A program made the translations under genes and the position numbers. Shown here piece by piece: positions 39,517 through 50,200 of a stretch of DNA of 58,278 bases. Source of the stretch: Barthelona sp. PAP020 (Eukaryota); contig JARQWU010000034.1 of NCBI GenBank assembly GCA_040182905.1, positions 1 through 58,278 of the forward strand, in the 5' to 3' direction. Every line of letters starts with the position of its first letter. Positions within the stretch are counted from its first letter, which is position 1. The notes under the pieces are model-generated. The model was not told where the DNA came from. It did not search any database and saw nothing but the letters and a program-made list of their open reading frames with translations.

Positions 39517-42500
39517 ATGAAATTATTGTTGTTCATTTTATCATTATTTGTGATTGCTTTGGCAGATAATGAAATTCAATCTTTAAATGATGGAGTTGAT
39601 AACAAATTTAGTTTGGAGGCAAATACTTTATATCGTTATTCCCTTGATGTATGCTCTGGTTGTGACTTTCTTCTGAGAGTTCCTTCGTTTGCAACAAATG
39701 GAATTTATCATCCAAGTATTGCCATTAGTTGTGAAGATTCTTGGGCTTCTGTAAGGAATGCCACATGGACTACTCTTGATCTCCTTATGATTCGTAATTC
39801 TTATGATGATAGATTAAGAGAAGGACCTATCTACATTAATATCAGACCCTATTATGATACAACTATTGAATTAATTGCTACATCTAATCGTGAAGTACTT
39901 GATTTTGAAGCTGTTTCTTTTGTATTGGATTCTATTACAACAACTAAATGTTTTTCCATGATGTTGGATGAAAAACCTCATTTAATTTTAAATTTAACTG
40001 CAGATCCTGATAAAATTACTTTTTATGGATCATTCAACACTGGTAGGCCCAGTCCTGATTCACCTGAAAGTCTTTATGTTACAAATTATTATCCTGCGCT
40101 TACGGGCACAACTATTGAAGTTCCTGATTCAGTTGCTAGTGAATATTTTTACATATGTGCGAGATTAAATGGTAATCCTGGAGATTTGGAATATGAAAGC
40201 ACCATTACAATGGATGGAGGACGACCAACTCAGCATGTGGGTCCTAATGATTATGTTGATTTACATATTGCACCTTTACAGTATGTTTATCTCAGTTTTG
40301 ATTTCCAGCCAGATGATGTGGCAACTTTGGGATGTTTACAAAATACCACATCATCAAAGACTTCACTATACATTTCTGCTAAGCACGATAAACCACACTG
40401 GGGAAATTTTGATTCGTATTTTACCGTGGGAAGCAGTTTTTATGATACGTTAAAAGCGATCACTGATTCACCCTCAAAAGTTTGGGTTACTGTGTATAAT
40501 TTGAACCTCAAAGATGTGAATGCTCGACTTTTTTTTGTACCTAATTTGGAGTTTAGTTCCATGTTCAAATTGTCACATTATAACGATGCATCGAAGACGA
40601 TGAGATTTGCTGCATATATTCCCAGTTTTGTTTCACGTTATCCATTTTATGTATTAAGGGTTCAAAGTGACAAAGAAATATCGATTAGCGCTGATATCGA
40701 AAATCCTAACCCCACACCTGATAATGCCAAATTCTACTCAAATAATAAGGTTCTTCTGATTGAAAATACCGCAAGTATCAGCAATAACTTTTTGTTTGTT
40801 CAGATTAATGTAACAGAAGGGGTGGATTATCATTCTTTCAGGTTTACTCATGGTTACATAATGAATTTGACTTCAGGTTATAATAGATATATGACAGCCA
40901 CAGAACCACAAGTTCGTTTCTATGTTATGTACAATTACGATAAAGACAATGGTTTATTGATCAATACAGAATGTTTGCAGAACACCCTATATTGTGCTCC
41001 TACATATTATGTCTCTCAAAGTATTGCTGCACCATTGGCAGATGATTATCAATTCAAATCTGACTTCAGAGACCCATTCCAAATTCCTGATGATTCATTA
41101 ATACCTTCTCAGGACATTTTCATAACTGCCTATGATTCTGTGCCCAGTTCTTATAAATTCAGTGTTACTTTGGATAATATTGTCTTTCTGAATGATGGAG
41201 CATTTTGGCGGGGAAAATTAGAAGCTGGTAAATTTAAATTCTTCATGTTTGATCATGCTGGACATCCCGACGTTGACATGATTGTCAACGTTAAAGTTTA
41301 TGAACAATCTACTATTGACCCAGAACACTTTTATTTCTTGGGAAGTTCTGAGTGTTTGAGACCTGATTTCGCTTGTTACACTTGGATATTGAGTTCAGGT
41401 GAATTAACTGATCCAAGCATTCATGGTGGATCATCTCTTGGTACCTCCCTGAACAATGTTGCTCTCTTTGTAAAACATGAAGAAATCAATAACATGACAC
41501 GTGTTAGAAACCTTTGGAATCCCAATCGTGGCAATACTTTGGATACATTGTATGTTGAAACACCTACATATTGGCGTGCTGCTGTTGAAAATAAAGGACA
41601 AGAAGGATTTGTAAAATTCGCTGTAACCATGAACACTTTGATTACTATTCCTGAAGCTACACCTACTTATTTCACTACTGTATCAAGACCAGAATATGCT
41701 GATGCTTCTCAACATCAATTGTTCACCACATCTTTCTTACGTATTCCCAAAGAGGAGGATTATGACAAAATTGTTTTGGAAATTTATCCTTATTGTAAGG
41801 ATGGTTCTTTAGATCTTTACACATCTTATTTGGGTTATCCTTCTGAAGAATATTATGATGAAAAGTTTTTAGAAGTCAAAGGTGGTATGGGAGGTATGCC
41901 CACTCAAATAGTCATCCCAGTTGAACAAAAAATTGGGGACTTATTTGTTAAAGTTGTCAACCGTCATCTTTGTGAATTTTCTGTGAAGCGAAAAACCACT
42001 TTTGTAATTGAGAATCAAAGACCTTTTTCACAAAGAACTATTAGAGGTGGATTTTCTCCTTTTGCTGTAACTCCTGAAAGAGGCGAAGCTCTAGTGCTTT
42101 ATTTCAGATTTGATTCTGCCTTTGAAAGTCAAATTCAATTGTTTGCTTCCAATTTTTATATTCATCCCAAGCAAGATTCTTCAAGTATGGGTGTTTCATA
42201 TGAAAAACAATATACTTTCAATATAAAAGAAGGTGTTAACTTTGCTTCCATTGAGTTTGCTCCTGATGATGAATTCATTAAGAATGACTTTATCTATTTT
42301 AACATTCATACACGTGGTGGTGCTGTTACAACAAGTGTTTTAGAATATATTCATCCAAGCGGTTTTTCAATTGGTGATTTCTTTTTAATATTGTGTTCTT
42401 TGCTCATATTTGTTGTTTTTATGTTTTCCTGGTTCTACACTGATTTAACCTTCAAAGATTCTAAAGGACTATTGAATGATTATGATAAAATACCAGACAG

Positions 42501-42561
42501 TGATATTGTTTCATCTCATATGATCAAAGATGCTCCTTTAATCAATGGAAATGTAAATTAA
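39517..42561 (+). CDS. Type I membrane protein with ~8 repeated ~110-aa beta-sandwich (PPC-like) modules, 1014 aa
   Basis: Signal peptide MKLLLFILSLFVIALA. Recurring motif: TSLYISAKHDKP..NFD, SLDLYTSYLGYP...YD, TYYVSQSIAAP..DYQF, TFYGSFNTGRP. TM helix FFLILCSLLIFVVFMFSWF. Short tail with YDKI (YxxPhi). Confidence 0.75.
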   Translation: MKLLLFILSLFVIALADNEIQSLNDGVDNKFSLEANTLYRYSLDVCSGCDFLLRVPSFATNGIYHPSIAISCEDSWASVRNATWTTLDLLMIRNSYDDRLREGPIYINIRPYYDTTIELIATSNREVLDFEAVSFVLDSITTTKCFSMMLDEKPHLILNLTADPDKITFYGSFNTGRPSPDSPESLYVTNYYPALTGTTIEVPDSVASEYFYICARLNGNPGDLEYESTITMDGGRPTQHVGPNDYVDLHIAPLQYVYLSFDFQPDDVATLGCLQNTTSSKTSLYISAKHDKPHWGNFDSYFTVGSSFYDTLKAITDSPSKVWVTVYNLNLKDVNARLFFVPNLEFSSMFKLSHYNDASKTMRFAAYIPSFVSRYPFYVLRVQSDKEISISADIENPNPTPDNAKFYSNNKVLLIENTASISNNFLFVQINVTEGVDYHSFRFTHGYIMNLTSGYNRYMTATEPQVRFYVMYNYDKDNGLLINTECLQNTLYCAPTYYVSQSIAAPLADDYQFKSDFRDPFQIPDDSLIPSQDIFITAYDSVPSSYKFSVTLDNIVFLNDGAFWRGKLEAGKFKFFMFDHAGHPDVDMIVNVKVYEQSTIDPEHFYFLGSSECLRPDFACYTWILSSGELTDPSIHGGSSLGTSLNNVALFVKHEEINNMTRVRNLWNPNRGNTLDTLYVETPTYWRAAVENKGQEGFVKFAVTMNTLITIPEATPTYFTTVSRPEYADASQHQLFTTSFLRIPKEEDYDKIVLEIYPYCKDGSLDLYTSYLGYPSEEYYDEKFLEVKGGMGGMPTQIVIPVEQKIGDLFVKVVNRHLCEFSVKRKTTFVIENQRPFSQRTIRGGFSPFAVTPERGEALVLYFRFDSAFESQIQLFASNFYIHPKQDSSSMGVSYEKQYTFNIKEGVNFASIEFAPDDEFIKNDFIYFNIHTRGGAVTTSVLEYIHPSGFSIGDFFLILCSLLIFVVFMFSWFYTDLTFKDSKGLLNDYDKIPDSDIVSSHMIKDAPLINGNVN

Positions 42562-42665
42562 AAAAATAAATAAAATAAAAAAAAAAAAAAAAAAATTGTT
42601 GTTGAAATGATGTGACAGTGTTTTTAAATTTTTATAAAATTTTCTTTTTTAATTTTTTAATAATT

Positions 42666-43740
42666 ATTTCCAAGCCAAGAAGCACTGTGCGTATGAGTGA
42701 ATAAGAAAGAATAGTGTTTATTTGGTTAAAGGCTTTCGAGGCCCCATTGATTTGTTGAGCAACTTTAGATTTTCTAAGGTAAAGTTTAAACTTTTGTGGA
42801 AGTTCATGCTCAATGAACGGAATTTATTGGAGATATAAAGAGGTCATCAAATATCACTTCCTTTATTTGTTGTTTCTTGACCATCTTTAGGTCCAATTTT
42901 TTAAGTTACTTGGGCATCTGAATCCACGTGAGTTTTCCCCAAACCTTAAGCTAACTCGTTTCGTTGTTCACTGAACAACTCATACCTCATAAATATCCAA
43001 TAAAATTTTGCTTTTGCAAAAATACAAAAAGAATAGGATTGGAAAATTTTTCGAAAATTTATGTACTTAATGAGCAAGATTCAATTGCAGCCTCTCTTTT
43101 TTTTTTGGCTAAGATTTGTTACAAGAAGTTGAAATACAAGGTTTATTTTAAACCTTTCTTTGGATTTCTTTCAAACAAAATCTGCCCATACTTCTCATTG
43201 TTGAGATGAAAGAACTCACAGATTTGTCCATGTTCTGTTGAAAAATATAATCAGCATCGTTTTATACCAATGTTTTTGTTTTTACTGCAACAATAATAAA
43301 AGTTATATGCAGTTTGAAATTTGCACGATTGTGAAACAAATTTGCTTAGGTAGGACAAACAACTCAAAACACTCATTTTAAGGTATTCCAGTCAAAAGAA
43401 ATGAGCTACTGAAATTCAATCTTGATGAGCAAATGGGGAAATTTTTGTCAGCAGTGAAACAACCATATTTGTTTTCAGAGAAACGAAACTCAGAGAACTC
43501 ATACAGGCGAATTTCAAAAAAAGCAATAGAGTAGCTGAAATTCAGCCAGAACTGCAAAGCAAGAGAGTTTGAAATATGTAACCCTGTTTTTTGCATTCAA
43601 TAAAGCAAAATTTTGCAGTTTTAGCTTTCTTTTTGAAAAAATTGAAAGTTTCAATGGATCAATCGGGCCTCGAAAGCCATTAACCAAACAAACAATATCA
43701 TTCTCATTCACGCCCGCACAGGAATTCTTGGGTTGAAAAT
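42666..43740. mobile_element. Putative non-autonomous DNA transposon (MITE-like) or foldback element with ~125-bp imperfect terminal inverted repeats
   Basis: The left arm (~42666-42790) and right arm (~43615-43740) are reverse complements. The core 42721-42744 vs 43665-43688 matches at 23/24 nt. The interior has no convincing ORF and no target-site duplication was seen. Confidence 0.55.
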
Positions 43741-43915
43741 TCGAATCCATTTTTAAGGATATTCTGTCAGAAAAAGAGTTTGTTTCTTTAATCCTGAAAG
43801 GTGATAGATATTAATTGGACCAAATCTATAAAAATACATTTTGATGTGTGGCTAACTTCCCATTTCTTTTTGTGCAAAGTGCAGACCAAAAAAAAATTAC
43901 AAAAATTTACCAAAA

Positions 43916-45454
43916 TCAATCTTTCATCATCAAAGGAGCCTTCTCTGATGATAAATCTTCTTTAGAAAGAACTCGAATCAACCAATCTTTTTTTACAAAC
44001 ACAAAAAAAATCATTGAAATTGCACAACACCATCCAAATACAACGGTAATGTAAGGAGCCAAAACCATGATGTTTCTAACAGGAACACGATAATCAAAAG
44101 CAAAAGGTTCATAAGTATCAAACTCATCATCCCAATCAACAAACAAAGCAGTGTAAGGAAGACTTAATCTGGGAGCTCCTGTACCACTAACGATTAACAC
44201 CTCAGCATTTCCATCGTTTCTAAGCATACTCATTCCATTTTCAATGGCTCTCAAAGCGAAATGATGTGATATAGTAGGAGTAACTTGTTTCCAATCTAAG
44301 GCAGGTGTGAATAAAATATCGACTTGATTTCTTCCTAAGAAATTATTATAAATGTCAAACTGTGAATCAAAGCATATTTGAAACCCAAATCTTCCCCATT
44401 GGGTGTCAATTATCAAAGGAGGTTTACCTCCTAGCATAGCATAGGGACTTTCTATTTGAGGAACCAAATGTTCTTTATTAAATCTACCAATTAACCCTGT
44501 AGAATTGAATATGAATAATGAATTGTATCCATTATTTGTAATGACGTTATTACTATCTAAATCGAAGATAAACAAATTGATGATCATGAATTTAGATTGG
44601 TCCTTAGCAATATTTTCAAATTTGCTGAGCCATACTGAAGTTTCATTATAAGTGGGACTATCAAACATAACAAAAGCACATTCACTTATCATGATGATAG
44701 GGGAATCACTCTTTTTAACACTTTTCACAAAATAATCATACCATTTATCATTTTTTCGTGAAAATTCTTCTTTAGCCTTATCAACTCCACCTGCTAAACT
44801 TTTGGCAAAATTTTGACCTCCAAATACAATATTAGTGACTTCAACATGCTCAAATTTTTCAATTCGATAATCGTAATACTGTTGTCTTAATTGTCCAAGA
44901 CAAACCATCAATGAAAGTATAATTAACCCATGAATTATACGCTTACTAGACAGCTTCTTTTCTTTAAACATGTGCCCACATATTAACACCAAAATTAAGG
45001 TTAAAAATGGCAACCCTCCAATGATTAACCATTGAGCAAGTGGATTAAAATCATAAATAGCTCGAATATGATAAGAAAGTCCACCATACTCAGAAAAAAT
45101 ACTCAGTAAAAATGAACATCCAGCAGTACTTAAACCCAAGGTTAAGACATCAAATTTAGATATTTTAGTAAAAATAAAAGGTAAAACTTCGAAAGTAATG
45201 AAAATACCTAACGCCATTCCAATATGAAACAAACCATACTTTTCTAATGGAACAAAATTAGAAGTCCCAAACAAAAGCATAAAATATTGAATAATAAAAG
45301 TGGGAATAACTATATTTTTAGGAAAATGAAAAAATATATATGATCTAGTACAAAAATATGGAAGAATAAAAATTCCAAGACTGAATTCACTTACATTAAG
45401 ACCAAAAAATAAATGTAATAAAGCTATCAAATATAAAACAAAGTTATTTTTCAT
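43916..45454 (-). CDS. Apolipoprotein N-acyltransferase (Lnt)-like membrane protein of the CN-hydrolase/nitrilase superfamily, 512 aa
   Basis: First ATG at 45454 (the track start is TTG). About 6 N-terminal TM helices and one C-terminal TM. Intact E-K-C triad in ISECAF, FNKEHLVP and QICFD, plus PALDW and RAIENG motifs. Confidence 0.8.
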   Translation of the reverse strand: MKNNFVLYLIALLHLFFGLNVSEFSLGIFILPYFCTRSYIFFHFPKNIVIPTFIIQYFMLLFGTSNFVPLEKYGLFHIGMALGIFITFEVLPFIFTKISKFDVLTLGLSTAGCSFLLSIFSEYGGLSYHIRAIYDFNPLAQWLIIGGLPFLTLILVLICGHMFKEKKLSSKRIIHGLIILSLMVCLGQLRQQYYDYRIEKFEHVEVTNIVFGGQNFAKSLAGGVDKAKEEFSRKNDKWYDYFVKSVKKSDSPIIMISECAFVMFDSPTYNETSVWLSKFENIAKDQSKFMIINLFIFDLDSNNVITNNGYNSLFIFNSTGLIGRFNKEHLVPQIESPYAMLGGKPPLIIDTQWGRFGFQICFDSQFDIYNNFLGRNQVDILFTPALDWKQVTPTISHHFALRAIENGMSMLRNDGNAEVLIVSGTGAPRLSLPYTALFVDWDDEFDTYEPFAFDYRVPVRNIMVLAPYITVVFGWCCAISMIFFVFVKKDWLIRVLSKEDLSSEKAPLMMKD

Positions 45455-45654
45455 TGACAAAAGCAAATACAATGATAAACAAAAAAAATGACAAAAATTT
45501 GAAAAGTGAAGACTTAATGTTTCTTGATATTTTTAATTGATACTCATTATTTGATCGATTGAAAATGATTGAAAATATGAAACACAAACAAAATTTTCAA
45601 TATTGAACAAGTAAATTCATAACAATCATTTTATATTTCCCAAACAATAGATGA

Positions 45655-47139
45655 ATGTCAAAACCAAGCAGTGAATTTTCAGATTTATTAACTCAATCAA
45701 AACAACTATTTGTTGGAGTTCGAAGTTTACCTCTTTTTCTTGATGATAATATTTGGCAACCTCAATTTAGAAGATGTTTTGAAATATTTACCCGTATTTG
45801 GATATTACAAAAAGAATTTCGTCAAGAAATTACCACAGAAAACAATTTTACCAGACAAGAATTAGGGGACATTTGTTCAAAAATTGCTCAATTGTATGTT
45901 TTTTATTATGTCAGAACTTCTGATATTACTTATTTAAATAAAGCTAATGATTTTTTAACAGTGATCTTAAAAAGAAGATATTTTCCCTCCAAAATCACAC
46001 AAGAAACAATTTATTATGTCAAAATTTTACGATTATTGTCTAGACAATGTATTATTACCACCATATTAGCAGACAATTCAATATTTACGCAAATAAAGAA
46101 TTTTAGGGAAGTTTTAAATGAATACGAAAATTCATTTGAATTTTCAAATAATTGGTCGACATTTTATGAAAATATTAGTGATTTCGTTGATTGTATTTCA
46201 ATAACTATTGAAGGCCAACCTCAAATGATATCTGCTCGATTGAATTCAGAGTATTTTCTTGATTTTTCTGCCAAGTCTTCTACAACTGTCAAGTACCATT
46301 TGGCAAAGGCATTAATGATTGACGATATTCTTGAAGACAACCTTATCCTCAGTTTGGGCTTTCAAACCCATTTTATCACACAATATTTGGAAAGAAATTC
46401 AAATACACTGAATATTGGTGAAATTGTAAAGAAGTTTACCTGTCATTCTCCACCCATCAGTTTATCACTGCATTCAATGGGATTTGTTTGCAATTCTTTG
46501 AGAGAGGATGAATGTCTGCTTCTACATATATCTTATTCACCCAATGATCATTTAAAACGTTCTTCTTCTTCAATGTTGAGTCCCATCACTGCAAAAGCAT
46601 CAAACTTGGATATAAAATTCACCAAGAATGATTCTGATCTTCTAAATGCCCATGATATTCAACCTTTTACCCGATTCCCGTTATTCATAATTATCAACGC
46701 TGATAATTCCAACGACTTTTTGGATGTTGACTTTCTCAAAGATCAATGCATTTTATTGACAAGTGGATCAAGTGTGTTGCATTTCTCAATCTTTTTGTCA
46801 TCTCCCATACATGCATTAATTGACATGTTTGAGTTGGAAATGCAATCAATGAATGAATTTGATCAGCTGAATAACGATATTAAAAAATGGTTATTAAAAA
46901 TAAATGTACTGTTGAATAGTTGTGATTTTGATGGAAAAGAACTGTTATCAGATGTCTCACTGAAAGTGATATTTCTCAGATTTGTCTTGTTTAGGTATTT
47001 GGTCGAAAAGTTCTTTTTTGATGATAATTTACCCCAATCCAAGCCAAAATTACCCATAAAGTTATTTGAACAAACTGTTGTCAAAGAAGTGCTTGATGAA
47101 TTTATGGAAAAATGGTTTAATAAAAAGGCTCAAATTTGA
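45655..47139 (+). CDS. SCAI: SCAI (suppressor of cancer cell invasion, DUF3550) homolog, 494 aa
   Basis: EFSDLLTQSKQLFVGVRSLP...WQPQFRRCFEIFTRIW...LGDICSKIAQLYVFYYVRTSDITYLNKA closely follows SCAI (LLDKSKQLFNGLRDLP...IGEIASKIGQLYYHYYLRTSETSYLNEA). Also DIQPFTRFPLFIIINADNS. Confidence 0.9.
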   Translation: MSKPSSEFSDLLTQSKQLFVGVRSLPLFLDDNIWQPQFRRCFEIFTRIWILQKEFRQEITTENNFTRQELGDICSKIAQLYVFYYVRTSDITYLNKANDFLTVILKRRYFPSKITQETIYYVKILRLLSRQCIITTILADNSIFTQIKNFREVLNEYENSFEFSNNWSTFYENISDFVDCISITIEGQPQMISARLNSEYFLDFSAKSSTTVKYHLAKALMIDDILEDNLILSLGFQTHFITQYLERNSNTLNIGEIVKKFTCHSPPISLSLHSMGFVCNSLREDECLLLHISYSPNDHLKRSSSSMLSPITAKASNLDIKFTKNDSDLLNAHDIQPFTRFPLFIIINADNSNDFLDVDFLKDQCILLTSGSSVLHFSIFLSSPIHALIDMFELEMQSMNEFDQLNNDIKKWLLKINVLLNSCDFDGKELLSDVSLKVIFLRFVLFRYLVEKFFFDDNLPQSKPKLPIKLFEQTVVKEVLDEFMEKWFNKKAQI

Positions 47140-47169
47140 TTTGATAGATGCTTTTTTTTTTCTCTTTTT

Positions 47170-47207
47170 GCTGTGGAATTTTCAAAGGAAAGATTAAATT
47201 CCACTGC
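47170..47207. other. Hairpin in the convergent 3' intergenic region
   Basis: gtggaattt (47173-47181) pairs with aaattccac (47196-47204), extended by GC/GC after one mismatch. It lies in a GC-richer island among poly-A/T tracts. Confidence 0.5.
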
Positions 47208-47281
47208 GCACTGCATGTATATCATCACTCCAGAGCCGAAAAAAAAAAAACATTAATTATGAGCTTTATCACACAAATTTT

Positions 47282-50200
47282 TTAAACAATGTTAGCTTGA
47301 CGTCTTCTTTGATTAGCTAAAGGATTAGCAGTCATTGAAGAGGAAGGAACATTGGTTGAAGCAGTTTCAGTATCTTTCTTCTTGAAAACGCAAGTTCTCA
47401 AAATTGAACCAACAGCAACAATAATTAGAATAATGACCAAAATGTACAACCACAACATATTCTTGGTTTCTGCAACAGAAGCCTTAAACATAACAGGTTC
47501 AACAATTTCAACAGGAACAGTATTGAAACCATCAATGTTATTTTTGGTGTCAACATCTTCCCAACCACACTTTTCAATAATGTCATCAACAGGAATAAAT
47601 TCATCATTTCCTACAACAGTAAACTCACGACATGCCAAACTCTTGAGAGCATTTTGACATTCAGCAGAAGGTTCTAATCCTTTAACAACAATACTATCAA
47701 CACCATCTTGAGAAGTAATCCAGCTGCTGGATTTAGAGAAGGCAGCAGCCAATAATTCAACATATTTCTTTTCAGCACTCTTCAAAATAAGGGCATCAGT
47801 GGTCTTATCAGCAGATAAGACTTGAATTCCTTGACAGATACCTCCAACATCAGTATAACGACGGTCTACACGAGAAATCTTTGCAACTTCACCAGTAGCA
47901 GGGGCATCATAGAACAAACAGAATTTCTTACCAGAATATCTGGTTTCACCCTTCAATAAATCAGCCATATCAATATATTGAGGTAAATTAGATGTTAAAT
48001 TAAATTCATAAAGTTTCTCAATTGCAACAGCATTTTCGTATTTAGAATCATAACGACGATAAGGATCAAAAGATAAGTATTTGACATTCTTAAGATTTTC
48101 CAACTTCAAATAGAAATTTTGGGAATCCATGCTGAAACAAGTTTGAGTTCCTTCTTCAATGACATATTCACTCTTCATAGAAGGCAATTCAGATTGATAA
48201 TAATCTAAAGTAGTATCCTTGTCGGGAGAATAGAAAATCAAGTAGAGTTCATAATCGTCAGTAGTAGCCATCTTTGAAGCAGACTTGTCAAAAGATGCAA
48301 GAGTGAAATATCCAGTCTTTTCAGCATAATTGTACATGTAAACTTCAGCTTCAGTAGAAATATTGTAGAAGAGAATGGAACTCTTGAAAGGGAAAGAATA
48401 GAACTTGCCCTTTTCAAGTGTTTGACCGAGATATGCAATTTCGCTTTCAAACTTTAGAACTTCCATATCATCAAGAAGATTCAACTTAATCTTAAGTGTA
48501 TGGGTAATTGTCTTATCAGTCAATAAAGGCAAGAACATGTACTTGTCATATTCACCAAAATCGATCTCTTGAATAAGACTGAGGCCTTGAAGGAAGATTA
48601 AACCATTCTTATGACTCTCAATATTGAAGAAACTGTGATACATTTCTTGTTTACCATATGATTCATATGTGAAGACACCAGAATTTACAGTTTCACCATC
48701 AATGAACATACCAACATGTTCAATAACATTACCAATGGTGCTGATTGTTACCTCATTGGTTTCACCATCAAATCTGGGAATGGCAGAAGTTCCCTTAACC
48801 ATAACCATTTTCACATAAGGAACAGATGAATAATCACCATGAACAATGCAATAAGTAAAGACTTTCTTCATAGGCTTAAAAGTGAAGCCCACAGATGAAA
48901 CAGAGAAACCTTGACTCAAAGTTTGTCCTTCATAAAAGATAATTGTGGTTCTATCCTTTGCAAAACTGCCATCATCAATGTAGATGAAATCTTTGTCCAA
49001 ATCGAAAGAATCAGGTAAAGTAAACTTTAAGAAATTGATTTCATTCTTGGTAACTGAAGGAACAGTAAACAAGGGATAATATGATTGACCGAAATACTTA
49101 TAATTTTCATAATATGTGGAAAGTTCACCAAAATCATATTCAACAGCTGAAGATGCTCTTTCGTATAATTTGCTCACAACATGGTCAGTGTTGGTTAAAC
49201 ACATCTTTTCAGTAAATCCAGTGGGATATGGCAAATGCTTGAAATACAATAAATATGCTTTGGCATAACCTTTAATCATGTTGAAATCAGCATAAATGTT
49301 GACAACTTCAATATTTGAAGGATCAGACAAAGTATAATAGTCAAAGTCGGTAATATCACCAGTCATCATTTGAAGAACACTAATTTCCTTGTAAGGTGTT
49401 CTAAGAACAAAGTAATCACCAGGATTAAGAGTGTAGCAGCTGGAAGTTTCAATGATATCCATGTCTTTAAGGTGAGGTAAAACAACAAATTCGATTTCGT
49501 ATTCAAAATCAGCATTGTTAGAACTGAACATGATTGGATACTCCTTACCAACAACAACATGGTGAATAAACTCAGTGTTCAAGTAAATGTCACCAGTAGT
49601 GGAAGTAATAGAACCTTCTTTATCAGCAGTTGTGAAAGAAATAGTGGTGATTTGGGTCTTTTTGTAGGCAGCATATTTCAAATAGTCATCACGATCTAAG
49701 GATTTGAGATTAGTATAACCAATAGCATTAATCTTCATGATCATATGTTGTCCATAATTGGTTTGAACATCATCAGTAAGAAGTTCATTAACGTAAATAT
49801 TGGTGGTAATGCCCTTCTTGGTAGCAATCTTAAATGAGCCGCTTGTGGCATCAACAAAAATGTTCTTTTCAGAAGGATACATCATTTCCAAAGTGATGGA
49901 AGTTGAAGACACACTGTTTTCAACATGGAAATACATTTCTCTATCCAAGTAGTTAACAGTTTGTTCTGTTGCACAACTAATGAATCCTTGATAGCACAAT
50001 TTTTGTCCACTAGTTAATGACAAAACACGTTGATCATGAACTCTATTCATCTTATATTTGAAACCAAAGCTCTTGTATTCACAATTACTTTCATAGAATG
50101 GTTTGTATTCTCCATTTACATTACAAGTAACTCTATATTCAAAAGGAACAGATAAACCAACAACAGCGGTGGGATTCTCACGAGCTAATGAAACTGGGGT

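Noticed and set aside
42559..42595. Poly(A) run just after the stop of the 1014-aa gene, suggesting a retrocopy
   Set aside because: A/T homopolymers occur in nearly every intergenic gap here and no TSD is visible.
43103..43115. ttttggctaagat, resembling the U2 snRNA 5' stem
   Set aside because: The invariant GUAGUA branch-pairing sequence and the rest of U2 do not follow, so this is likely a chance match.
43420..43460. ttgatgag...gaaac, resembling a hammerhead ribozyme core
   Set aside because: The core is UUGAUGA rather than CUGAUGA, and no stem II closes onto GAAA.
42964..44054. Short ORFs within and next to the inverted-repeat element as transposase remnants
   Set aside because: No DDE, HTH or other transposase-like motifs; the translations are low-complexity and AT-driven.
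47201..47210. Minus-strand TGCGCAGTGG, resembling the U4 snRNA 5' end
   Set aside because: No kink-turn 5' stem-loop, U6 stem I complement or Sm site follows at the expected spacing.
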